Origin: Thermodesulfobacteriota bacterium
GTDB lineage: Bacteria; Desulfobacterota; Desulfobacteria; Desulfobacterales; SURF-7
NCBI GenBank assembly: GCA_049320885.1
Contig: JBMORA010000066.1
Span: 1 to 38,777, forward strand
Direction of reading: 5' to 3'
Length of the DNA: 38,777 bases
This document shows positions 1 through 8,360 of the stretch, in pieces. The translations under genes and the position numbers were made by a program. Positions within the stretch are counted from its first letter, which is position 1; each line of letters starts with the position of its first letter. The notes beneath the pieces were generated by a model that saw only the letters and a program-made list of their open reading frames with translations, had not been told where the DNA came from and did not search any database.

Positions 1-123
1 TCAATCAATCCCAATCGGGATTGACGGGGTTGTAAAAACAGGCTTTTTGCCAGAATTGCAAGTTGAATGGGTAGTTATTTTATAAGTATAAGTAATCATT
101 AATCAGTTAACCGGACAGCAGTG
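1..123 (-). mobile_element. Probable terminus of an IS4-family insertion sequence; element continues off the window start
   Basis: 107-123 reads CACTGCTGTCCGGTTAA on the minus strand, resembling IS4-family (DUF4372-type) terminal IRs as I recall them. AT-rich subterminal DNA, a perfect hairpin TCAATCCC-AATC-GGGATTGA at 5-24, and position at the sequence edge. Confidence 0.55.
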
Positions 124-300
124 ATTTCAGAACATTCCGGCACCAAATTTTCGCATACCTATTGTGCGGAATGCGCCCGGAAAGCGATGGAAGAAATCGA
201 ATCAAGAAATAGATAACGGAACGGAGTCAGGACTACCGGCGGCGGATGTTGTAGGATGAAAATTTTTTAATAAATTTCATAATGTTGTGATAGATTCATT

Positions 301-2424
301 ATGATAGAAAAGCCCACCTACGAGGATTTGGTAAAACGAGTTCAGGAGCTGGAGCAGGCGGAACGGCAGCGAAGCGCGGCCATGGATCGGCTCGCGCAAT
401 TCAATCAGCTCATGACGGGCATGCTGGAACACACCCATATCATGACGGTATTCCTGGATCCCGGCTTCAATTTCATATGGGTGAACCGGGCCTATGCCGA
501 CACCTGCAAACAGGAACCGGCCTTTTTCCCGGGGAAAAACCATTTCGATCTTTACCCCCATGAAGAAAACAAAGCCATTTTTCAACGGGTGGTGGACACG
601 GGCGAGCCGTTCTTTGTGGCCGCCAAACCGTTCGAATTCCCGGATCAGCCCGAGCGCGGCGTCACCTATTGGGACTGGAGCCTGGTCCCCGTGAAAAATG
701 CGGACAACACCGTCAGCGGACTGGTCTTCACCCTGACGGAGGTGACGGAACGTATCCGCATGGAGGAGATGCTGATAGAAGGTAAGGAAACCTACCGCAC
801 GGTGGCCGACTTCACCTATGACTGGGAATACTGGGTGGCTCCGGACGGCAGCCTGCCCTACGTATCACCCGCCTGCGAGCGCCTCACCGGTTATCGGCCG
901 GAGGAGTTTCAACAAACCCCGGGCCTGCTGAGCCGGATTGTGCATCCGGATGACGAATCCGGCATCATCGATCACATCAGCGGAGCCTGCAGGATGCCGG
1001 ATGACCAGCTCTGCCGCCTGGATTTCCGTCTGCTGACCCGCGCCGGAGAGGAACGCTGGATTTCCCACGCCTGCCGGCCCGTTTTCAGCCACAGCGGTCA
1101 GTACCGGGGCAGACGGGTCAGCAACCGCGACGTCACCGATCGCAAACAAACCGAAAAAGCGCTACAACAGGCCCATGACGAGCTGGAAAACCGCGTCGCG
1201 GATCGGACGGAAGAACTGCGCAAGGAAATCGCCGAACGGGAAAGGATTACGCGGGAGAAGAAGGAAGTCCAACGCCAGAAGGTGGAAAGCCTGGGGCGCA
1301 TGGCCGGCGCCGTCGCCCACCATTTCAACAATCAACTGGCCGTGGTCATCGGTAACCTGGAACTGACCCTGGAAAAGCTGCCCCGCGATGAGGCCGCCGC
1401 GGCGAATCTGAATTCGGCCTTCCGGGCAGCCCGCAAAGCAGCGGAAGTGAGCGGGCTGATGCTGACCTATCTCGGGCAAACCGCCGCCAGGAAAGGACCG
1501 ATGGATATCAGCGAAACTTGTCGCCTGAGCCTGCCGCTGCTCCAGGCCGCCCGGACCGGCGGAATCGCCATAACCATCGATTTTCCCACCCCGGGGCCGA
1601 CCATCAACGGCAATGCAAACCAGATTCAACAGATCCTGAAAAATCTGACCATCAATGCCTTGGAATCCTTGAAGGAGGATCGGGGAACCATTGCCCTCGG
1701 CATCCGCCGGTTCTCCGCTCCGGATATTCCGACCCTGAATCGATTCCCCATGGATTGGCAGCCGCGAAGAACCGATTATGCCTGCCTGGAGGTGGCGGAC
1801 ACGGGCTGCGGTATCCCGGAAAAGGAAATCGGCACTCTTTTTGATCCGTTCTTTACCAATATATCCACCGATCAAGGACTCGGCTTGCCCGTGGTTCTCG
1901 GAATCGTCCGGGCGCATGACGGTGCCATAACCGTGGAGAGCGCTCCGGGCCGCGGCAGTATCTTCCGGGTATTTTTTCCCGTATCGGCGGAAGAGATATC
2001 GCGACCTGCGCGGAAAGGTTCCGGTTTCCAGCCCCTTGAAGGAACCGCGACGATCCTGCTGGTGGAAGACACCGCCACGGTGCGGAAAATGGTGGCGATG
2101 ATGCTCCGGAGCCTGAACATAACGGTTCTGGAAGCCGAAGACGGCATCGAGGCCCTTACAATCTTCCGGCAACACCATACCCAAATTCACTGCGTGCTAT
2201 GCGACGTCATCATGCCGCGCATGAACGGCTGGGAAACCCTGGCCGCCCTGCGCACGATATCCCCCGGTCTCCCGGTGATCCTGTCCAGCGGCTACGATGA
2301 GGGACAGGTCATGGAGGAATACCATGCCCATCGGCCGACCCTCTTTATCCGCAAACCCTTTTCCAAGAAAGAGCTGGAAACCGCGGTTCAAACCGCATTG
2401 GCCTGCCGGCCAGCCGGGCCATAA
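301..2424 (+). CDS. PAS-PAS hybrid sensor histidine kinase / response regulator
   Basis: 707 aa. Two PAS/PAC-like regions, H-box AHHFNN, N-box NLTINA, G1 DTGCG, F-box LFDPFF, and C-terminal receiver (LLVED...CDVIMPRMNG...KPF). Confidence 0.93.
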   Translation: MIEKPTYEDLVKRVQELEQAERQRSAAMDRLAQFNQLMTGMLEHTHIMTVFLDPGFNFIWVNRAYADTCKQEPAFFPGKNHFDLYPHEENKAIFQRVVDTGEPFFVAAKPFEFPDQPERGVTYWDWSLVPVKNADNTVSGLVFTLTEVTERIRMEEMLIEGKETYRTVADFTYDWEYWVAPDGSLPYVSPACERLTGYRPEEFQQTPGLLSRIVHPDDESGIIDHISGACRMPDDQLCRLDFRLLTRAGEERWISHACRPVFSHSGQYRGRRVSNRDVTDRKQTEKALQQAHDELENRVADRTEELRKEIAERERITREKKEVQRQKVESLGRMAGAVAHHFNNQLAVVIGNLELTLEKLPRDEAAAANLNSAFRAARKAAEVSGLMLTYLGQTAARKGPMDISETCRLSLPLLQAARTGGIAITIDFPTPGPTINGNANQIQQILKNLTINALESLKEDRGTIALGIRRFSAPDIPTLNRFPMDWQPRRTDYACLEVADTGCGIPEKEIGTLFDPFFTNISTDQGLGLPVVLGIVRAHDGAITVESAPGRGSIFRVFFPVSAEEISRPARKGSGFQPLEGTATILLVEDTATVRKMVAMMLRSLNITVLEAEDGIEALTIFRQHHTQIHCVLCDVIMPRMNGWETLAALRTISPGLPVILSSGYDEGQVMEEYHAHRPTLFIRKPFSKKELETAVQTALACRPAGP

Positions 2425-2447
2425 AAACCGCTTCAATAAGGATTCGC

Positions 2448-3356
2448 ATGAAAAACAAAATTTCGCCGCCGCCGGAACCGCTGGACGCCGCCACCGTGAT
2501 TCTGGTGCGGGAGAAGTCCGGCGGAAAGGCATGGGAAGTGCTGCTGATGCGGCGCCATGAAAAGCAGGATTTCATGGGCCAGGCGTTTGTGTTTCCCGGA
2601 GGCCGGCTGGACCCAGCGGACGGTGATCCCCGGTTGGCGGAATTCGCAACGGGGATATCGGCGGAAGAGGCGAAAACCCGCCTGAATGAAACGGGACTTT
2701 CCACGGAAACGGCGCTGGGTCTTTTTTTTGCCGCCATCCGCGAGACCTTCGAGGAGTCCGGGGTGCTCCTGGCGGTTCCCGCTTCGGGCGGGCGCATCGA
2801 TTTCGACGATCCCGGGGTTCATAAGCGTTTTGCCGCATACCGCAAGCGGATTCACCGGCAGGAGATGACGCTGGCGGAACTGGCCGAAGCAGAACGACTT
2901 CTGTTTTCGCTGGAGCGGATCGCGCCGTTTGCGCGCTGGATCACCCCGGATTTTGAGCCCAAACGGTTCGACACCCGTTTTTTCCTGGCGCGGATGCCGG
3001 TGGGTCAGACACCCCTCCACGATGCCATCGAGATGACCGAAACCCTCTGGACGCCTCCCGGTGAGGCGCTTCGCCGGCAGGCGGCCGGCGACCTGCTGCT
3101 GTTTCCACCCACGTTGAAGACCCTGGAGGAAATCTCCCGGTTTTCCTCCCTCCCCGGGCTCTTCTCCTTCGCCGCGGCCCGCCCCATCCGGCCGATCCTG
3201 CCCCAGGCCCTGCGCGACGGGACAACCCGCGGGATCAAATTGCCCCACGACCCCGAGTACACGATCGAGGCCTATAAACAGCCCCATCGCCCGGGGGAAA
3301 CATCCCGGATCGTGCTGCAGGACGGCCGGTTCACGGCAATGGCATTCGAACAATAG
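2448..3356 (+). CDS. NUDIX hydrolase (NUDT19-like, possible CoA pyrophosphatase)
   Basis: DAATVILVR, FVFPGGRLD...AAIRETFEESG (Nudix box with insertion), WITP..EPKRFDTRFF, PPT motifs. Confidence 0.88.
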   Translation: MKNKISPPPEPLDAATVILVREKSGGKAWEVLLMRRHEKQDFMGQAFVFPGGRLDPADGDPRLAEFATGISAEEAKTRLNETGLSTETALGLFFAAIRETFEESGVLLAVPASGGRIDFDDPGVHKRFAAYRKRIHRQEMTLAELAEAERLLFSLERIAPFARWITPDFEPKRFDTRFFLARMPVGQTPLHDAIEMTETLWTPPGEALRRQAAGDLLLFPPTLKTLEEISRFSSLPGLFSFAAARPIRPILPQALRDGTTRGIKLPHDPEYTIEAYKQPHRPGETSRIVLQDGRFTAMAFEQ

Positions 3357-3376
3357 AACCCCGCCCCACCTCGGCT

Positions 3377-4405
3377 CTACGGCTTGATCATGACCTTCAT
3401 CTGGTCGGACGAACCCGACGACAGGCGTTCGAATGTCGCCTGGACCTCGTCAAAGCCGATGGTGCTGGTGACCATGCTCTCCACGGCGAGCCGCTTGCAG
3501 GCAATGAACGCCAGGGCCGTGTCGAACTCCTCCGGGTGGTAGGCAAAGGACCCCTTTGTCCGGATTTCCTTGATCACGGAAAGAATCGTCGGCACCTGCT
3601 GCATGGCGAGGCTGATCCCGGCAAGGACCAGGACGCCCCTAGGCTTCAGGGCGGAAAGCGCCGTCTGGTATCCCTGGTCCCTGGCCGTTGTTTCAACAGC
3701 CGCATCGAAGCCGCCGCCCGACATTTTTTTGAGCCTGCGGCCGAGTTCCGGATCCCTGCCGTCCAGGATCGCGTCTGCGTCGCCTTTCCTTTCGGCAAAG
3801 GCTTTTCGAAACGGATCCACTTCGGACAGAACCACCAGGGAGGCCCCGGCGATCCTCGCCCAGGCCGCAACCAGAACGCCGATGGGACCGCCGCCGGTGA
3901 CGAGAACGCGGCGGCCGGTGGTCACACCCGCCCGGCGCATTGCATGTAGGGCCACGGCGGCGGGTTCGATCATCACCGCCTGCCCGTCGGAAACCGAATC
4001 CGGCAGCGCTCTCACCATATCGGGCCGCAGCAGCAGGTATTCCGCATAGGCGCCGGGACTGTTGTTCCCGGGAATGGGCCGTTTCATGCCCTGAAGGCAG
4101 ATATTGTCCGCGCCGGTGCGGCAGCTTTCGCAGGTTCCGCACAGGTTGAGGGGCAGGGCCGTGATTCTTACCCCTTTTGGGAGATCGGTCCGCGCGCCGG
4201 GATCATCCACCGTTCCGCAGAATTCGTGCCCCGGGATCAACCCCGGTTTTCCATCCATACCCCGGCCCGCATCCCAGTAATGAAGGTCCGAACCGCAGAT
4301 ACCACAGGCGGAAACCTTCATTCGCACCTGCTGACCGTCCGCCTCCGGCAGGGGGAGTTCCGTAAGGTTCAATGATCGTGGGCCGTCCAATCGGATCGCG
4401 CGCAT
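3377..4405 (-). CDS. Zn-dependent medium-chain alcohol/polyol dehydrogenase
   Basis: CGICGSDLH, GHEF, structural Zn C-x2-C-x2-C-x7-C, GGGPIG Rossmann motif. ATG at 4405 with a GAGGT RBS just after the upstream stop codon. Confidence 0.92.
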   Translation of the reverse strand: MRAIRLDGPRSLNLTELPLPEADGQQVRMKVSACGICGSDLHYWDAGRGMDGKPGLIPGHEFCGTVDDPGARTDLPKGVRITALPLNLCGTCESCRTGADNICLQGMKRPIPGNNSPGAYAEYLLLRPDMVRALPDSVSDGQAVMIEPAAVALHAMRRAGVTTGRRVLVTGGGPIGVLVAAWARIAGASLVVLSEVDPFRKAFAERKGDADAILDGRDPELGRRLKKMSGGGFDAAVETTARDQGYQTALSALKPRGVLVLAGISLAMQQVPTILSVIKEIRTKGSFAYHPEEFDTALAFIACKRLAVESMVTSTIGFDEVQATFERLSSGSSDQMKVMIKP

Positions 4406-4407
4406 GC

Positions 4408-6504
4408 TCAAACCTCTTTCTTTTTTTCCACCCGACACAACAGGGCCTTGATGGGCACCGAGGCGGTCACGGGGCACAGGGGCTGATCATCGGTGATGAT
4501 ATTGATATTAAGCGTTTCCCAGCCGTCTTTCTCGCCGTACCAGTACCCGTGCGGGGCATGGACCACGCCGGGATGAATATGGCGGTCGAAGGACGTCTTG
4601 ATGTCCACCCGGCCCCGCGGGGACCGAAGATCCACCCATTCCCCGTCCCCAATGCCCAGGGCCGCGGCCGTATCCGGATGAATCTGGAGCAGGGGGTCGG
4701 GAGAGCGTTTTTTAAGGGAAGGGATATTCCGGTGGGAGGAATGGTAGAACACGATGTTCCGTGCCCCTGTTGTCAGAATCAATGGATAATCGGCCAGCAG
4801 ATCGGGGCGGCTCACCGGACTTTCACCGGGCTCGCGGAACACGGGGAGGGGGGAAATCCCCAGGGCGTTCAAATACTCCGCGTAGAGTTCCACCTTGCCC
4901 GACGGCGTCTTGAAGCGGCCTTTCTTCTCGTGGGTTTTATAAGTCAGGGGGGTGGCATAAAACCCCATGGTCTTGAACCGTTCAAAGGTGAGGCCAATGG
5001 GCTCGAGGCGGTGATCCAGGGCCTCTTCCACGGTGGTGAAATACCCGGTGAGGTTCATTTTCCCGGCCAGGTCGATCAGGATCTGCTTTTCGTCCCGGCA
5101 GTCCGGCAGCGGCGCCACGCATCTGATCTGGCAGAATACATGATTTTTCATGAGCAGGTCCTCCACGTCGTCCCGTTCGGACCAGTGGGCCGGGGGCAGG
5201 ATAATATCCGCGAGCTCCGTAGTGGGGGTATGAAAATAATCCACGGCAAAGAGAAAATCCACGGCAGAAAGTACCTTGTGCACCCGCCGGGAATTGGGGT
5301 AGGCGCAGACACTGTTGTTGGCGAAAAGTCCCAGGGCCTTCACCGGATAGGGTCTGCCTTCCTCGATGGCCGGCCAAACGGTCTGGGGCGGGCAGGGAAT
5401 GGGAATGAACTCCAGCAGGGGATAAGTGTCGAGCCCCAGTTTTTTCTTGGCTGTCTCGGGAGGAAGGCTGGCCGCCGGGCTGTAGTCCGGTCCGTAGCAG
5501 CTCCGGCGTTTTGTCGGCGGATGGCAATGGAGATTGCCGCCGGCCACGTCCAAATTTCCCGTAATGGCGGAGAGGATGGTGAGGGCGCGGGCCAGGTCGA
5601 ACGCGTCGTTGGCCTGACAGACCCCGCCCATGCCCGGACCGATACAGGCCGGACCATTACCGGCAAAGCAGGCCGCCGCCGCCTCGATTGTTTCCGCCGG
5701 TATCCAGGTGATCGCGGAGCAGCGTTCCGGCGTGAATTCCGCCACATGGGTTTTCAATCGATCGAACCCGCTGGTCCAGCGCTCCACGAAATCCCGGTCG
5801 TACAGGTTTTTTTCCAGGATCACATGGAGGAACCCAAGGGCCAGGGCTACGTCCGTCCCCGGGCGGATCTGGAGGAAATGGTCGGCCTTGTGGGCGAAGC
5901 GGGTGCGCCGGGGGTCCACCACGATGAGCTTCGATCCGTTTTTCAGACCTTCATTGATGTCGTGAAGGTACAACCCGGCCCAGGACGCCTCGGGATTGTG
6001 CGCCCAGAGAAGCATGCACCGGCTCCGGGCGTAATCCGGGTCCACCAGGGTGAAGCCGCAGGTGGCGCCGCTGCCCACCACGATGGGACCGCCGCTCATG
6101 TTGGACGGGGCCATGAAATTCGGCGAGCCGAACCGGAAAAGAAAATAATTGAGATAGGGCGCCAGGCCCCGGGTGGTTCCCGAGCCCAGCACCACCGATT
6201 CCGCGCCCCAGCGTTCCCGGCAGTCGAGCAGCCGCTCGCCGATCCTTTCCAGGGCCTGATCCCAGGAAACGGCTTCCAGCGCACCGCTCTTGCCGCGTCT
6301 GTTTCTGGCAAGAGGCTGCCGGATCCGGTCCGGATGGTACACCATCTCCGTCAGTGCCCGGCCTTTGGGACAGATGAACCCATGGCTGAACGGATGATCC
6401 TTGTCGCCCGTGATCCCCGTGATCTTGCCGCCCGCCACGGTCACCAGCACACCACAACGGGAATGGCATTCAAAACAAATGGTTCTAATGGTTGTCGCCT
6501 TCAT
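4408..6504 (-). CDS. Mo/W-bisPGD (DMSO reductase superfamily) oxidoreductase, acetylene-hydratase-like clade, cytoplasmic
   Basis: N-terminal 4Fe-4S motif CFECHSRC...CPKG, SWDQAL, VDPRRT, IRPGTD, PYPVKA, TPTTELADIILP, TPSGKVEL, C-terminal HPDTA...SPRG domain. No Tat signal. Confidence 0.9.
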   Translation of the reverse strand: MKATTIRTICFECHSRCGVLVTVAGGKITGITGDKDHPFSHGFICPKGRALTEMVYHPDRIRQPLARNRRGKSGALEAVSWDQALERIGERLLDCRERWGAESVVLGSGTTRGLAPYLNYFLFRFGSPNFMAPSNMSGGPIVVGSGATCGFTLVDPDYARSRCMLLWAHNPEASWAGLYLHDINEGLKNGSKLIVVDPRRTRFAHKADHFLQIRPGTDVALALGFLHVILEKNLYDRDFVERWTSGFDRLKTHVAEFTPERCSAITWIPAETIEAAAACFAGNGPACIGPGMGGVCQANDAFDLARALTILSAITGNLDVAGGNLHCHPPTKRRSCYGPDYSPAASLPPETAKKKLGLDTYPLLEFIPIPCPPQTVWPAIEEGRPYPVKALGLFANNSVCAYPNSRRVHKVLSAVDFLFAVDYFHTPTTELADIILPPAHWSERDDVEDLLMKNHVFCQIRCVAPLPDCRDEKQILIDLAGKMNLTGYFTTVEEALDHRLEPIGLTFERFKTMGFYATPLTYKTHEKKGRFKTPSGKVELYAEYLNALGISPLPVFREPGESPVSRPDLLADYPLILTTGARNIVFYHSSHRNIPSLKKRSPDPLLQIHPDTAAALGIGDGEWVDLRSPRGRVDIKTSFDRHIHPGVVHAPHGYWYGEKDGWETLNINIITDDQPLCPVTASVPIKALLCRVEKKKEV

Positions 6505-6538
6505 GCCGCCTCCGGCCCGGTCTCTGCAGGCCCCCCTA

Positions 6539-6600
6539 AATTATAAACAATAAATCTTTTTTGTTTGAACAATATTGATTTATTGTTTAAACAATGTCAA
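6539..6600 (-). promoter_or_regulatory. Sigma70 promoter for the Mo-enzyme operon overlapped by three phased GntR-type operators
   Basis: Minus strand TTGACA (6600-6595), 17 bp, CAATAT (6577-6572). Palindromes TTGTTTAAACAA (6583-6594), TTGTTTGAACAA (6561-6572) and AATTATAAACAA (6539-6550) at 22-bp spacing. Confidence 0.7.
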
Positions 6601-6659
6601 GATAAAATGCAAGCTTGACGCAATGAGGGTTTTGGTTGTTTACAGGTACAGGACCTGAC

Positions 6660-7424
6660 ATGAAAAAAAACTCCCCATCGGTACAGGAAATTGTCGATCA
6701 GCTGCTCCGGCAGATTTACCGGAAGCAACTCCAACCGGACGAAAAACTCCCCCCCCTCCGCAGCCATGCCGAGGATCTCGGGGTGGAACCGGCCGCCCTC
6801 CGGTCCGCGCTGAAGCAACTGGAAACCATGAATCTCCTGGACATCCGGCGAAGCGACGGGACGTATGTCAAGCCCTTCCCGCGCCATGCCGGACTCGATT
6901 TTCTGGCCCGGCTTTTCGCCATCAATGAGCCGCCGGGCGATGAGGGGCTGGTGGACGAATTTCTGGTGGACGAGACCCTGGCCTTCTGGAACATGGTCTT
7001 CCCGGAAATCATGTACGCGGCCAGCCGGAATATGTCGCCCCTGGATGTGAAAGCCTTCATCGACATCATCGATCGTCAGATCCGGGACGTGGATATCATC
7101 GCAACCCTTGTCGCCCTGGACATTGAGCTCCAGGACCGCATCGCCGAACGGGCCAACAACATCGTGGTCACCCTGCTGTTCAATTCCCTGACCCCCCTGC
7201 GTCACAGACTCACGGATTATTTTTACCGGAAGCTGGACCGCGGCACCCGCCTCCACTTCCTTTCCATGAAAAAAAAGGGCCTCTGCCGCCAGATGAGCGG
7301 GAATCTGGATCTCAAATGGTCGGCGGAAGAGCACCGGAAGGCCCTTGAATCTTACCGGGAAGCCATCCGCCAGGCAACGATGCACCATATGATGCAACAA
7401 ATCACCGGGGAGGAGAAAAGTTGA
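6660..7424 (+). CDS. GntR/FadR-family transcriptional regulator
   Basis: N-terminal wHTH LQPDEKLPPLRSHAEDLGV...LRSALKQLE...GTYV and a helical FCD-like C-terminus. Divergent from the Mo-enzyme operon; ATG at 6660. Confidence 0.88.
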   Translation: MKKNSPSVQEIVDQLLRQIYRKQLQPDEKLPPLRSHAEDLGVEPAALRSALKQLETMNLLDIRRSDGTYVKPFPRHAGLDFLARLFAINEPPGDEGLVDEFLVDETLAFWNMVFPEIMYAASRNMSPLDVKAFIDIIDRQIRDVDIIATLVALDIELQDRIAERANNIVVTLLFNSLTPLRHRLTDYFYRKLDRGTRLHFLSMKKKGLCRQMSGNLDLKWSAEEHRKALESYREAIRQATMHHMMQQITGEEKS

Positions 7425-7448
7425 CATTCACCGGTTTTATGCTATCAA
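7421..7448 (+). promoter_or_regulatory. Putative sigma70 promoter
   Basis: TTGACA 7421-7426, 16 bp, TGc-TATCAA extended -10 at 7443-7448, upstream of the 7513 gene. Confidence 0.45.
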
Positions 7449-7512
7449 TTTGGTCAGCGCTTCGGCGCCGGGGCGGGACGGAATATCCAACCAACCTTTC
7501 GGGAGAAACTGC

Positions 7513-8220
7513 ATGCAGAACAATGACAACCGCTGCACCCTTGTGATTCCGGTCATCATCCTGGGCCTTCTGCTGGGCTTCTTCCCGACGAATGAAGTCG
7601 CGGAGGCGGAACCCGAGTGGAATGTCGAAATCTCCGGCAGCCAAAAGGGCATTGACGGATTTCATGTCTCCGTGGGCGATCACTATAAAACCCCGGCAAC
7701 GGAGGTAGTGGTCATCCGGGAACGCGGCATCGCCGATGAAGAGCTGCCGGTGGTCTATTTCCTTTCACAAAGAGCCCGGGTGGCGCCCGGAGTGATCGTG
7801 GACATGCGTCTCAAGGGAATGAGCTGGATGGACATTACCGTCCATTTCGGGTTTGGGCCTGAAATGTATTATGTCCCCGTGACCGTCATCGAAGATCACC
7901 AGCCCCGCGGACATGCTTACGGCTATTATAAAAAGCACAAGAAAAAAAAGGATTGGAAGAAAATACACCTGAAAGACGCGGATATCATCAATCAGGTGAA
8001 CCTGCGCTTCCTGTCCGAACACTACCACTGCCCGCCGGAGCAGGTGATCCGTTATCGTTCCGAAGGCCGGAATTTCCGGATGATCGACCATGATTTCAAA
8101 ACTTCGGAACACCACCCGCCAAAAGATCAATCCGGAAAGCCGGACGACCATGGCAATGCCCCTGGAAAGAAAAACAAGGAAAAGCATGCGGCCAAGGAGT
8201 CCAAGCACGGAAAAAAATAA
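7513..8220 (+). CDS. Exported hypothetical protein with Lys/His-rich low-complexity segments
   Basis: ATG at 7513, hydrophobic signal-like stretch LVIPVIILGLLLGFF...AEA, GHAYGYYKKHKKKK motif and a His/Lys-rich tail. Confidence 0.7.
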   Translation: MQNNDNRCTLVIPVIILGLLLGFFPTNEVAEAEPEWNVEISGSQKGIDGFHVSVGDHYKTPATEVVVIRERGIADEELPVVYFLSQRARVAPGVIVDMRLKGMSWMDITVHFGFGPEMYYVPVTVIEDHQPRGHAYGYYKKHKKKKDWKKIHLKDADIINQVNLRFLSEHYHCPPEQVIRYRSEGRNFRMIDHDFKTSEHHPPKDQSGKPDDHGNAPGKKNKEKHAAKESKHGKK

Positions 8221-8295
8221 CCGCCCGGCCACCGGATTTTAAAGTACACGGTAGCGCCGGAAAGACCATGTAAAAGTATTCGTTTTCATGCTTGC

Positions 8296-8353
8296 GACTT
8301 TTTCGGAGAAAAATCCGAAAAAGTCTTGACTTTTTCGGAGCGGATGCCAGAAT
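8296..8353 (+). promoter_or_regulatory. Promoter with three alternating 12-bp repeats (operator) before the AAA ATPase gene
   Basis: GACTTTTTCGGA (8296-8307), its reverse complement (8314-8325), and GACTTTTTCGGA again (8328-8339). These overlap -35 TTGACT (8326-8331); extended -10 TGc-CAGAAT at 8345-8353. Confidence 0.7.
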
Positions 8354-8360
8354 GGTCGAC

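Noticed and set aside
4372..6546. 724-aa plus-strand ORF
   Set aside because: Antisense shadow of the Mo-enzyme gene, with no recognisable motifs; expected in GC-rich coding DNA.
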